From: an uncultured Mycobacterium sp.
Lineage (GTDB): Bacteria > Actinomycetota > Actinomycetes > Mycobacteriales > Mycobacteriaceae
DNA: 64,000 nt
Direction of reading: 5' to 3'
Assembly (NCBI GenBank): GCA_964611465.1
Contig: CAZTAA010000012.1
Coordinates: 4,765 to 68,764, forward strand
Shown one piece after another: positions 49,283-59,041 of the stretch. The position numbers and the translations under genes were made by a program. The notes beneath the pieces were generated by a model. That model worked only from the letters and a program-made list of their open reading frames with translations, did no database searches and had not been told where the DNA came from. Position 1 is the first letter of the stretch. Each line of letters starts with the position of its first letter.

Positions 49283-50476
49283 ATGGATTTCAGCACAGTT
49301 GAACTCTCGACGGAGGATCGGGCCTTCCGGGACGAGGCCAGGCGCTTCCTCGCCGAACAGGTCACCGACGAGGTGATCCGGCACGACCGCGAGACCGGGG
49401 ACAATTTCCACGAAGGCGTCCACCTGGCGCTCGGCGCGGCCGGCTACCTGAAGGGTGAGTGGACACCCGAACCCGACGGTGGGTTCACCCGCGTGCGCCG
49501 GCGGATCTGGGAACTGGAGAAGCGCCGCCACCACGTGCCGTGGGTGACCTGGGGGACAACGGCTTTGGTGGCCCGGGCGGTGCAGGCGTTCGGCAAGCCG
49601 GAACTGGTCGAAGACGTCATGCCGAAGGTGTTCAGCGGCGAGGCCCGGATGTGCCTGGGCTACACCGAACCCGAAGGCGGATCGGACATCGCCACCTGTA
49701 AGACCCGCGCGGTCCGGGACGGCGATCAATGGGTGATCAACGGTTCGAAGATGTTCACCACGGGCGCGCACAACTGCCAGTACGTCTTCCTCATCACCAA
49801 CACGGACCCGGACGCGCCGAAACACAAGAGCCTCACCATGTTCCTGGTGCCGCTGGACACCCCGGGCATCGAGATCCAGGGCATCCGGACCATCGACGGT
49901 GACCGCACCAACATCGTCTACTACAGCGACGTCCGCGTCGACGACAAGTACCTGCTCGGTGAACCCAACGGCGGTTGGACCGTGCTGCGCGGACCGCTGG
50001 ACGCCGAACACGGCAACGTCGCGGCCAATAACGACGGACTACAGGACCCGGCGATCATGGCGCATCAGGCCGGCTTCATGGTCGACGCCCTGGATACTGC
50101 GGGCGGTGTGGTCGGCAGGCCCGGACCGGACGGAACGCGTCCGGTGGACGACGGGTCGGTGGCCTACCGACTGGGCCGCAGCATCGCGAAAATGGAAGCG
50201 TGCCTGAGCACGCCGAGCATCTTCGGCCGCGTTGCGCAGGCGCAGACCATGCGTGACATCGCCCCGGATGTCATGGATATCCTCGGTACCGCGTCGCTGC
50301 TTCCGGTCGACACCGACGGGGCCGTGGACGCCGGCAAGTCGGAGTACATCTACCGCTTCGCCCCACTGGCCGGCATCTACGGCGGGTCACTGGAGGTGTT
50401 CCGCAATATGATCGCGCAGCATGTGCTCGGGCTCGGCAAGCCGAACTACTCGCCGCCCAAGCCGAAGGCGTCCTAG
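49283..50476 (+). CDS. Acyl-CoA dehydrogenase
   Basis: GYTEPEGGSD, INGSKMFT, IYGGSLEV. Confidence 0.9.
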   Translation: MDFSTVELSTEDRAFRDEARRFLAEQVTDEVIRHDRETGDNFHEGVHLALGAAGYLKGEWTPEPDGGFTRVRRRIWELEKRRHHVPWVTWGTTALVARAVQAFGKPELVEDVMPKVFSGEARMCLGYTEPEGGSDIATCKTRAVRDGDQWVINGSKMFTTGAHNCQYVFLITNTDPDAPKHKSLTMFLVPLDTPGIEIQGIRTIDGDRTNIVYYSDVRVDDKYLLGEPNGGWTVLRGPLDAEHGNVAANNDGLQDPAIMAHQAGFMVDALDTAGGVVGRPGPDGTRPVDDGSVAYRLGRSIAKMEACLSTPSIFGRVAQAQTMRDIAPDVMDILGTASLLPVDTDGAVDAGKSEYIYRFAPLAGIYGGSLEVFRNMIAQHVLGLGKPNYSPPKPKAS

Positions 50477-50487
50477 CTCCAGCCGCG

Positions 50488-50540
50488 AGCGTGCACCCTT
50501 GCGCGTTTCCGCTGTCTTGGAATGCATAGCGATGCACGCT
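50488..50540. repeat. REP-like inverted repeat
   Basis: AGCGTGCA/TGCACGCT arms between convergent operons. Confidence 0.45.
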
Positions 50541-50562
50541 TACCGAGTGTTGAAGGTAGGCA

Positions 50563-50718
50563 TCAGGTGGCCGGCAGCGGCTGCGGATAGACCGTCGGCC
50601 AGCCATCGATGACCAGGCATGCGACACCGTACTGGGCCAGCAGTGTCGCGGCGGCGACACCGGTGGGCCCGGCCCCGACGATTGCCACCGGAGTGCGGTG
50701 AACGGTGTTGCTATTCAA
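50563..50718 (-). pseudogene. 5' remnant (51 aa) of an MhpA-like FAD-dependent monooxygenase
   Basis: TTG start; PVAIVGAGPTGVAAATLLAQYGVACLVIDGWPTVYPQP followed by a stop. Confidence 0.75.
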
Positions 50719-50724
50719 CGGGGC

Positions 50725-51663
50725 TCACCGGTACCGGACGACATTGCGCTGGGCGCCGAGGTCGATCACCCCGTCGTCGGTGGCGACGCGGGCCTCGACG
50801 ACGTCCCCGTCCGCGAGGTACTTCGGATTGCCGCTCTGGCGTTTGAAGAACGCCTTCCACTTCAGCGCCGGCGGCAGCAGCGAGCCGATCATCTCTATCG
50901 GTTTCGGTGGGGCGCTCAGCGCGGTGCCGGCCGGGGTGCCGGTCAGGATCAGATCGCCGGCCGAGAGGTCCTGGAATCGCGTGAGCGACTGCAGCGCCTG
51001 CAGCGGCGGATAGATCATGTCGCCGGCGACGCGCATGTCCTGACGTAGTTGGCCATTGACGCGCAGCTGTAAACGCAAGTTCCCGAAGCGTTTCCAGTCC
51101 TCGCGGTCCAGCAGCACCAGGGTCGGGCCGACCGGGGTGAAGCTGGGGTAGGACTTGGCCTCGTAGAACTGGGTCTGCGGCAACTGGACGTCGCGGGCCG
51201 AGACGTCGTCGGTCACCACCAGACCTGCCACCACATCGGGAAGGTCTGCCGCGGTGAGGGTGGAACCGGCCGGGGTGTCCCGACCGACGACCAACCCGAT
51301 TTCGACCTCGTAGTCCAGGAACCGGACATGGCCGGGTTTGACGATGTCGGCGCGGGGCCCGGTGATCGAGGCCGAGGACTTGCGAAAGAAGGTCAGCGGA
51401 ATGGTTTTCGGATCCATTCCGGAGTCGGTGACGTGGGAGGCGTAGTTGGTCATCTGGGCGATCACCCGGCACGGCGTGCTGACCGGAGAGAGCAGTTCGA
51501 GGCTGTCCACCGGAACCGTGCCGGCGGTTGACGAGGCGGCGGCAATCGCAGTCTGGTCGGCCAGCAGTTCGCCGGTGGTGGTGGCGCTGGTCGTGATCGG
51601 GGCTGCGCCGCTGGGGGTTTGAACCCACCAGCCGTCGGCCGTGCGCAGGATCGAAATCGTCAT
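50725..51663 (-). CDS. Fumarylacetoacetate hydrolase family protein
   Basis: FFRKS, LDYEVEIG, DDVSARD, GDLILTGTP. Confidence 0.9.
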   Translation of the reverse strand: MTISILRTADGWWVQTPSGAAPITTSATTTGELLADQTAIAAASSTAGTVPVDSLELLSPVSTPCRVIAQMTNYASHVTDSGMDPKTIPLTFFRKSSASITGPRADIVKPGHVRFLDYEVEIGLVVGRDTPAGSTLTAADLPDVVAGLVVTDDVSARDVQLPQTQFYEAKSYPSFTPVGPTLVLLDREDWKRFGNLRLQLRVNGQLRQDMRVAGDMIYPPLQALQSLTRFQDLSAGDLILTGTPAGTALSAPPKPIEMIGSLLPPALKWKAFFKRQSGNPKYLADGDVVEARVATDDGVIDLGAQRNVVRYR

Positions 51664-52751
51664 GAACGGGCTACTTTCAACAGGCCGAGGAGGCGGTGCA
51701 GGTCGAATTCGTTGTTCTCACGCAGGCCGGTCAGCATGCCGCCGGCCTCGCCGCGTAGGTGCCGTGGGCTGGTGCCCAGGAAGTCGCCGGTGGCCGGTGG
51801 ACCCCACTGGGCCAGACCGGAGGCGGTGAACGGCGCCCACCCGGGTTCGACGGTGTTGTCGAACACGTCGCCGTCGGTGAAGTGTTCCATTAGCAGGCCG
51901 TCCGGGTCGCGCCAATAGTCGAAGATCTGGCTGCCCTGGATGTGCCGTCCGATGCCCCAGGACCGTTGGTAGCCGGCGTCTTTGAGGTGTTCGCCACCCG
52001 CGGCCAGTGCGTCGAGATCGCACACCTGGAACGCGGAGTGCACGTACCGGTCGGTGGGGCCGAGCGTCATCGCCAGCGTGTGGTGATCGGTCGGGGTGGC
52101 ACCACGGTCGCAGCGGATGAAGCTCATGGTCGGACCGCGGTCGCGTTGGCCCGGGAAGTAGAGGAAGTCCGAGACGATCAGGCCGAGGTGGTCGAGGTAC
52201 CAGTCCAGTGCCGCAGTGTATTTCGTGGTCTGGAGTACGACGTGGCCGAGCCGTTGAACCGTGGCCGGCGCCCGGTGTGGCCGCTGCGTGGCGTTGGTGC
52301 GTTCGACGATGTGTCCGAAGTTGAAGGTGTGCGGTGACTGAGCGGGCATGGACTCCAGCGGATGGGTGTTGGCGACGACCCTGACCGCCAGCCCGCTGGG
52401 ATCGGCCAGGTCGACGGCGATGCCGCCCACCGATTCCGGCAGGGGACGAACGCGGGCGCCGACAGCATCGGCGAGGTGCGATACGTCGGCCTGCTCGGCT
52501 GCGGCGAATGCCAACCCGCGCAATCGGCTGGTGTCGCCGCGGCGGACGATCACGCACGGGGAGCCGGCATCGCTGCCGCGCAGCATCAACTCGGTGTCGG
52601 TACGCAGCGCGGTGGCGAAGCCGAAGGCGTGGGCGAAGGCCTCGGTCCGGTCGAGGTCGGGCTTGTCGAACTCCAGCCAGGCGAGGTCGGCGACCTTGAT
52701 GACGGGGTTGGCCGACCGGCCGGGGTGCTCACCCCTGCGCACACCATCCAT
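51660..52751 (-). CDS. VOC family (extradiol dioxygenase-like) protein
   Basis: RLGHVVL, DHHTLA, HSAF, WGIGRHIQGSQIFDYWRDP..EHFTD. Confidence 0.85.
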   Translation of the reverse strand: MDGVRRGEHPGRSANPVIKVADLAWLEFDKPDLDRTEAFAHAFGFATALRTDTELMLRGSDAGSPCVIVRRGDTSRLRGLAFAAAEQADVSHLADAVGARVRPLPESVGGIAVDLADPSGLAVRVVANTHPLESMPAQSPHTFNFGHIVERTNATQRPHRAPATVQRLGHVVLQTTKYTAALDWYLDHLGLIVSDFLYFPGQRDRGPTMSFIRCDRGATPTDHHTLAMTLGPTDRYVHSAFQVCDLDALAAGGEHLKDAGYQRSWGIGRHIQGSQIFDYWRDPDGLLMEHFTDGDVFDNTVEPGWAPFTASGLAQWGPPATGDFLGTSPRHLRGEAGGMLTGLRENNEFDLHRLLGLLKVARS

Positions 52752-52777
52752 GACGCGCCCTCCTTCCTGCGGGTAGC

Positions 52778-52815
52778 TCTATTGAACAATAGTGTTCAAA
52801 ATAGATCAATAGTGT
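52778..52815. promoter_or_regulatory. AT-rich nested palindromes in the VOC/TetR divergent promoter
   Basis: CTATTG-AA-CAATAG, TTGAACA-ATAG-TGTTCAA, and CAATAGTGT repeated at 20-bp spacing. Confidence 0.6.
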
Positions 52816-52818
52816 GCG

Positions 52819-53472
52819 ATGATGGCGAGCATGACGGCGACAGTCTCCAGGGCCACAGACCCCTCGACGATGTCCGCAACGGAGCGCCGGATCGTCGACG
52901 CCGCGCTGCGCCTGTTCGTGGCCAAGGGCACGACGGACCTGACCGTCAGTGAGTTGGCCGCCGAGGCCGACGTCGCCCGCGGCACCCTCTACCGCTACCT
53001 GGACTCGATGGAGACGCTGTTCGATCGCGTCGTAGCCCACTTCGGCGCCGAACTGCATCAGCGGGTGTCCGACAGCTTCGACTCCATCGACGACCCGGCC
53101 ACCCGACTGGCGACCGGAGTGCGCATGTGGATCCGCTACGCGCACGACAATCCCGGCATGGGCCGCTTTGCCGTGACGTACGGGCAGACGGCAGAGACGC
53201 TGCGCGGAGTCCTGGCCGGCCCCACCATGCACGACCTCGAAACCGGCTTCGCCAGTGGGAGATTCATGAGCGATGCCTCGATGGTCCCCAGCATCGCCGC
53301 GCTGATCATCGGCGCCACCATCAGTGCGATGTGGATGGTTCTGGAAGGTCACCAAACGTGGCGCGAGGCGGGCTCGGCCACCGCCGAACTGCTGCTGCGC
53401 GCACTGGGCATCGAGCCCGCCGAAGCCCATGACATCAGCCGAATCCCACTGCCGAACCTACGTCCGGCGTGA
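52819..53472 (+). CDS. TetR family regulator
   Basis: LTVSELAAEADVARGTLYRY. Confidence 0.9.
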   Translation: MMASMTATVSRATDPSTMSATERRIVDAALRLFVAKGTTDLTVSELAAEADVARGTLYRYLDSMETLFDRVVAHFGAELHQRVSDSFDSIDDPATRLATGVRMWIRYAHDNPGMGRFAVTYGQTAETLRGVLAGPTMHDLETGFASGRFMSDASMVPSIAALIIGATISAMWMVLEGHQTWREAGSATAELLLRALGIEPAEAHDISRIPLPNLRPA

Positions 53473-53489
53473 TTGGCAGGAGGACCGCA

Positions 53490-54044
53490 ATGCTGCTTCC
53501 GCTTGCCCCAGAACCATTCACGGTTCCGACCGACCGCGACATGCTGCCGTCCGAACGCCGAGAGTTCGTCCGCACGCATCGGACATGCGTGTTCGGCTAC
53601 CGACGACGGCACGACGGCCCCGCCATGTCGATCGTGTACTACATCCCGACCGATGACGGGGAACTGCTCGTCTCCACCATGGCCGGGCGCGGCAAGGAAC
53701 GCGTCGTCGCCCGAGACGGAAAAGTCAGCCTGTGCATCCTCGACGAACGCTGGCCGTTCGCCTACTTGCAGGTCTACGCCGACGCCGTCATCGAGCGCGA
53801 TCGAGCCCTGACCGTGGACGTGATGATGGCGGTCGCCGGGCGCATGTCCGGTCAGCCGCTTCCCGAAGAAGCCCGCCCGACCGTCGAGGCGATGGCCGTC
53901 GACGAGAACCGCGTGGTGGTGCGCTGCCGGCCCTACGCCACATTCGCGCAGCCGCCTCGGCACCTGTACCGAAACGATCAGGAAGAGAAGATCACCCACT
54001 GGTTGTCGGGCACCGTGCCCTGGGACGCGCCCGACCCGGCGTAG
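53490..54044 (+). CDS. PPOX-like split-barrel (possibly F420-binding) protein
   Basis: EFVRTHR..VFGYRR.DG.P.MS, GRGKERVVARDGKVSLC. Confidence 0.75.
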   Translation: MLLPLAPEPFTVPTDRDMLPSERREFVRTHRTCVFGYRRRHDGPAMSIVYYIPTDDGELLVSTMAGRGKERVVARDGKVSLCILDERWPFAYLQVYADAVIERDRALTVDVMMAVAGRMSGQPLPEEARPTVEAMAVDENRVVVRCRPYATFAQPPRHLYRNDQEEKITHWLSGTVPWDAPDPA

Positions 54045-54098
54045 TCAGTCGGCTCCTACGTTAGTGTCGATCACATTGATGCGGGAAGGGTGTGCGGC

Positions 54099-56285
54099 AT
54101 GGCCAACAACATCGAACAGAAGATAACGTTCTGCCGCATCTGTGAGCCGCTGTGCGGAATGGTCGCCACCGTCGAAGACGGCCGGCTGACCGCGCTGCGC
54201 CCCGACAAGGACCATCCGCTGTCGTCCGGCTTCGCGTGCCAGAAGGGCATCGCGTTCACCGAGGTGGTCAACGACCCCGACCGGGTCACCACGCCGTTGC
54301 GCCGCACCGCCGACGGCTTCGAACCAGTCGGATGGGACGAGGCGATGGCCGACATCGCCGCACGTTTGGGCAAGGTGCTCGACGCGCACGGATCGGGAGC
54401 GGTCGGCTGGTACTTCGGCAACCCGGGCGCCTTCAGCTACTCGCATCTGATGTGGGTGGGAATGTTCGTCGCCGGACTGGGTCAAGGCGCGCACATGTTC
54501 ACCGCCTCGTCGCAGGACATCAACAACCGCCTCGTCGCCAGTCAACTGCTCTACGGCGTACCCACCTCGCTGCCCATCCCGGACGTGTTGCGCACCGACC
54601 TGTTGGTTGTGATCGGCGCCAACCCGGTGGTGTCGCACGGCAGTGTGCTGACCGTCCCGCGTATCAAGGACCACATGCACGCGATCGTCAAACGCGGCGG
54701 TCGGGTGCTCGTCATCGACCCCCGCCGCACCGAGACCGCGGCACAATTCGAATGGCTCGGAATCGTGCCCGACGGCGACGCATTCCTCTTGCTGTCCCTG
54801 CTGCAGGTGATGTTCGACGAACAACTCGTGGACCGGGCCGCCGTCGCCCGGCAGGCAGACGGACTGGACTGGCTGGAGGCGCTGTGCCGCCCGTACCCGC
54901 CGGAACAGACCGTGGCGCACACCGGCATCGATCCCGAGACGGTCCGCGGGCTGGCGCGCGATCTGGTCCGGACCCGGCGGGCCGCGGTGTACGGACGGTT
55001 CGGCACCAGCGCGGGCCGCAACGGCACGCTGACCACCTATCTGCTGGACGCGGTCAACATCGTCGCGGGCAACGCCGACCGGGCCGGCGGAATGATGCTG
55101 GGCGGGTTGGGCATACCGGGTCAGCGCTGGCTGCTGAACCCGCTCGGCGCGGTGTTGCAGCGCGAGTACCGCCGTACCCGGACACGCGTCGGTGACTTCC
55201 CGACGGTCCTGCGCTCCGAACCGGCGACCATGATGGCCAAGGAGATCAGCACACCGGGCAAGGGCCAGATCCGGGCGTTGTTCGTCAGTGCCGGCAATCC
55301 GGTGCTGTCGGTACCCAACGGCTTGGAACTAGAAGAAGCACTGGAAGGCCTGGATCTCATGGTGGGGCTGGACTTCTACGTCACCGAGACGACGTCACAC
55401 TGCGACTACATTCTTCCGGTCACCACGATGTACGAACGCGACGACTTCGGCGTCGCCTTCCAGGCGCAGTACGCCTCCCCGTTCCGGCAGGCCACCGAAG
55501 CCGTGATCGAGCCCGTCGGACAGGCCCGGCCGGAATGGCAGATCATCGACGACCTGATGGCCCGGCTGGCGGGCCGGTCGGTGCCGTTCAGGGCGCTCGG
55601 TCTGGCGCGAAAGGCCTTGCGCCCGTTCGGTTTGAGACCGACGCCACGGCGGATGATCGATGGCCTCATCCGCCTGTCCGAGGGCGGCGACCTGTTCGGG
55701 CTGCGACGCAGAGGGCTGACATTCGATCGACTGGTGCGCGACCATCCACACGGGGTGGTCCTCAAGGAGCATGTGGCCGAAGGCACGTTCAAGAACGGCG
55801 TCACCCACCGCGGTGGGCGAATGCGGCTGAAACACAACGAGATAGCCGAAGAAATGGAGCGACTGAACGGGCGCGCGGTGCCGGACGGATACCCGATGCG
55901 GATGATCGGGATGCGTGAAACCCGTTCGGAGAACAGCTGGATGCACAACGCGCCGCTGCTGATGCGCGGCGGACGCACCCAGCGGGCGGTGCTGCACGTC
56001 GACGATGCCGCGGAACTCGGTGTCTCCGACGGCGACGTGGTGACGGTGGCCTCCCCGTGGGGCAGTGTCGAGGTGCCGGTCGAGCTGACCAAGGACATCG
56101 TGACCGGCGTCGTCGCGATCCCACACGGCTGGGGTCACAAGGGGACCGGCGGCTGGCAGGTGGCTAACCGGGCCGGCGGCGCCAACGTCAACCAGCTGAT
56201 GTCCACCGACCCCGCCGACATCGAGGCCATGTCCGGAATGGCCTGGCTGACCGGCATTCCCATCCGGGTCGAGCCGGTCGGCTAG
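54099..56285 (+). CDS. Molybdopterin (Mo-bisPGD) oxidoreductase with an N-terminal 4Fe-4S site, copy 1
   Basis: CRICEPLC...CQKG, VIGANP..SHG, AGNP, C-terminal Molydop_binding region. Confidence 0.9.
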   Translation: MANNIEQKITFCRICEPLCGMVATVEDGRLTALRPDKDHPLSSGFACQKGIAFTEVVNDPDRVTTPLRRTADGFEPVGWDEAMADIAARLGKVLDAHGSGAVGWYFGNPGAFSYSHLMWVGMFVAGLGQGAHMFTASSQDINNRLVASQLLYGVPTSLPIPDVLRTDLLVVIGANPVVSHGSVLTVPRIKDHMHAIVKRGGRVLVIDPRRTETAAQFEWLGIVPDGDAFLLLSLLQVMFDEQLVDRAAVARQADGLDWLEALCRPYPPEQTVAHTGIDPETVRGLARDLVRTRRAAVYGRFGTSAGRNGTLTTYLLDAVNIVAGNADRAGGMMLGGLGIPGQRWLLNPLGAVLQREYRRTRTRVGDFPTVLRSEPATMMAKEISTPGKGQIRALFVSAGNPVLSVPNGLELEEALEGLDLMVGLDFYVTETTSHCDYILPVTTMYERDDFGVAFQAQYASPFRQATEAVIEPVGQARPEWQIIDDLMARLAGRSVPFRALGLARKALRPFGLRPTPRRMIDGLIRLSEGGDLFGLRRRGLTFDRLVRDHPHGVVLKEHVAEGTFKNGVTHRGGRMRLKHNEIAEEMERLNGRAVPDGYPMRMIGMRETRSENSWMHNAPLLMRGGRTQRAVLHVDDAAELGVSDGDVVTVASPWGSVEVPVELTKDIVTGVVAIPHGWGHKGTGGWQVANRAGGANVNQLMSTDPADIEAMSGMAWLTGIPIRVEPVG

Positions 56286-56307
56286 TCGCGCGGCGTGGCC
56301 CGGGCGA

Positions 56308-57531
56308 TCATGCGATCGCGCCGGATTCCTTGAGTTCTTCGATGCGATCCCACTCCAACCCGAGTTCCATCAGCACCAGTTCGGTGTGTTCGGAGGCCTG
56401 CGGGGCGCGGGTGGTCTCCAGCGGTTCGTGGTTGAACTGCACCGGGCCGCGCACCACCTTGAACGGCTTGCCGCCGGCGGCGGCCTCCACCTCGACGACC
56501 ATGTCGTTGGCCAGCGCCTGCTCGTCGGTGCCGAGATCGACCAGGCTCTGGAACGGCGCCCACTGTCCCTTCATGGTCTTGAGGTGCTGGCGCCAGTACT
56601 CGAACGGCTTGCTGCGGATGGCCTCGGCGATGAGTTGCACTCCTGCGGTGGCGTTTTCGATGAGCGGCATGACATCGCAGAAGCGGGGGTCGTCGGCCAG
56701 TTCGGGCAGCCCGAGGTGCTCCCAGGTATCGCGGATGTAGCCGGTCGGGCTGACGATGCACAGGTTGATGATGCCGTCGTCGGAGGTGCGGTAGTTGGCC
56801 ATGAACGGGTTGACCGAGGTGATGTCGTCGGGCATGAGTGAGCGCATCGTCTCGCCGGTCTCCATGCCCTGGGTGACGCTGGCGCCGGCGGCCCACCAGG
56901 CGGTGGACAGCAGCGACACGTCGAGTTCGCACGTCTCGCCGGTGCGTTCGCGGTGGAACAGCGCGGCCGAGATGCCGCCGGCGATGTTCATCCCGCCGAT
57001 CGAGTCCCCGAAAGCCGGAATGCCCTGGGAGAGTGCGCCATTGATCTGCTCGGGCGTCAGGGCGTGGCCGATGCCGCTGCGGGTCCAGAACGCGGTGCCG
57101 TCGAAGCCGCCGGTGTCTCGCTCGGGTCCCTTGTCGCCGTAGGCGCTGCCGCGCGCGTAGATGATGTTCGGGTTCGCCGCCCGGATGTGCTCGACGTCGA
57201 ACTTGTTCTTCTGCCGCTGTGCCGGCATGTAGTTGGTGAGGAACACGTCGGCGGTCTTGGCGATCTCGTAGAGCACCTGCTGGCCGCCGGGCGTCGACAC
57301 GTCGACGCCGACGCTGCGCTTGCCGCGGTTGGGATGTTCGATGAGCGGGTGCCGGTCGGGGTCGAGTTGGAAACCGCCCATGTTGATGAAGCCGCGCTGG
57401 GTGTCGCCGCGGACCGGGTGCTCGATCTTGATGATGTCGGCGCCCCAGTCGGCCAGGATCGCCCCGGCCGCCGGGACGAAGGTGAACTGGGCGACCTCGA
57501 GGACGCGGACGCCCTGCATCGGCTTGAACAC
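56308..57531 (-). CDS. Family III CoA-transferase
   Basis: LADWGADIIKIE, NRGKRSVG, FGD; GTG start after GAGG. Confidence 0.9.
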   Translation of the reverse strand: MFKPMQGVRVLEVAQFTFVPAAGAILADWGADIIKIEHPVRGDTQRGFINMGGFQLDPDRHPLIEHPNRGKRSVGVDVSTPGGQQVLYEIAKTADVFLTNYMPAQRQKNKFDVEHIRAANPNIIYARGSAYGDKGPERDTGGFDGTAFWTRSGIGHALTPEQINGALSQGIPAFGDSIGGMNIAGGISAALFHRERTGETCELDVSLLSTAWWAAGASVTQGMETGETMRSLMPDDITSVNPFMANYRTSDDGIINLCIVSPTGYIRDTWEHLGLPELADDPRFCDVMPLIENATAGVQLIAEAIRSKPFEYWRQHLKTMKGQWAPFQSLVDLGTDEQALANDMVVEVEAAAGGKPFKVVRGPVQFNHEPLETTRAPQASEHTELVLMELGLEWDRIEELKESGAIA

Positions 57532-57556
57532 TGGGGTCCTCTCTAACGGGCCGCCG

Positions 57557-59041
57557 TCATGCGGGATGCCCGATGGTCTTGATCTCGAGGTATTCCCGGA
57601 ATCCCTCGTCACCGTTGCGCCGGCCGAGGCCACTCTGCTTGGTGCCGCCGAACGGGCTGGTGATTCCGAAGTGGCTTCGGCCGTTGACGGTCACGTTACC
57701 CGTGCGCAGGCGTCGGGCGATACGAAATGCCCTCTCGGTGTCAACCCCGGTGACTTCGCCCGACAGCCCGTAGATCGAGTTGTTGGCGATCGCGACGGCC
57801 TCGTCGTCGGTGTCGTAGGGGATGACCGTGAGGACGGGTCCGAAGATTTCCTCCTGGGCGACCCGGCTGTCGGGGTCGACGTCGGCCAGCAGGGTCGGCT
57901 GGGTGAAATACCCGACCGGCAGATTCTCGGGGATGCCGCCGCCGGTGATCAAGCGGGCCCCCGAGTCGATGCCGGACTGGATCAGGCCGAGGACCTTCTG
58001 CCGCTGCGTCTCGCTGATCTGCGGGCCCTGCAGCACACCCGGATCCCACGGATCGCCTACCGGGGTGGCCTCCATGGCGGCCTTCAGGATCTCGATGCCT
58101 TCGCCATAGCGGCTCCGCGGCAACAGGATCCGGCTGGCCATGATGCAAGCCTGGCCGGACATCACACAGGCGACCATCGCCGCCATCGGCAGACACTTCT
58201 CGAACTTGGCGTCGTCGAGCACGATGTGCGCGGACTTGCCGCCGAGCTCCATCATGGTCTTCTTCACCGTCGGCGCCGCGGCCGCCAGGATCGCCCGGCC
58301 GGTTGCCGTCGACCCGGTGAAGGTGATCATGTCCACCCGCGGGTCGGCGCTCAGCGCGGCGCCGACCTCGTTGGCGTTGGACACCACCACGTTGAACACA
58401 CCGGGCGGGATGTCGGTCTCCTCGGCGACGATGCGGCCGAGTTCGGTGCCCGACCACGGGGTCAGCTGCGCCGGTTTGAGCACGACGGTGTTGCCGGCCA
58501 TCAACGCCGGGGTGCTCTCGGCGACGTTGAGGTAGAACGGCACGTTCCACGGTGTGATCGCGCCGACGACGCCGACCGGGTCGAACGCCAGGGTCCGCCG
58601 CGCGGTGCCCATCGGCGCCTTGTGGATACCGGTGTCCTGCAGGTACTCGAATGTCCGGCCGTATTCGGCCCAGTGCCCGACCTCGTCGATCGGGTCCTCG
58701 ATCTGGCTGCCGGTCACGCTGATCGGGCAGCCCACCTCGGTGACGACGATGCGGCGCAGCCGCTCCTTGTTGCGCTCGAGTGCGTCGCGTAGCTGCATCA
58801 GGCAGTGGTAGCGGAACTCGACGTCGCGGGACCAGTCGGTCTCGTCGAATGCCTTGCGCGCGGCGGCGATCGCACGGTCCATGTCGGCGACGGTGCCGTC
58901 GGTGGCCTGCCCGACCACCTCCCCGGTGCCGGGATGCTCGACGTCGAACAGCGCACCGGATTCGGTGTGCCGCAGCTCGCCGTCGATCATCATGCGCTGT
59001 TCCCCGGCGAGAACCCCTGTCTGGCTGGCGGTTTGGGTCAT
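57557..59041 (-). CDS. Aldehyde dehydrogenase (aldA paralog)
   Basis: ITPWNVP, FTGST, MELGGKS, GQAC, EEIFGP. Confidence 0.92.
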   Translation of the reverse strand: MTQTASQTGVLAGEQRMMIDGELRHTESGALFDVEHPGTGEVVGQATDGTVADMDRAIAAARKAFDETDWSRDVEFRYHCLMQLRDALERNKERLRRIVVTEVGCPISVTGSQIEDPIDEVGHWAEYGRTFEYLQDTGIHKAPMGTARRTLAFDPVGVVGAITPWNVPFYLNVAESTPALMAGNTVVLKPAQLTPWSGTELGRIVAEETDIPPGVFNVVVSNANEVGAALSADPRVDMITFTGSTATGRAILAAAAPTVKKTMMELGGKSAHIVLDDAKFEKCLPMAAMVACVMSGQACIMASRILLPRSRYGEGIEILKAAMEATPVGDPWDPGVLQGPQISETQRQKVLGLIQSGIDSGARLITGGGIPENLPVGYFTQPTLLADVDPDSRVAQEEIFGPVLTVIPYDTDDEAVAIANNSIYGLSGEVTGVDTERAFRIARRLRTGNVTVNGRSHFGITSPFGGTKQSGLGRRNGDEGFREYLEIKTIGHPA

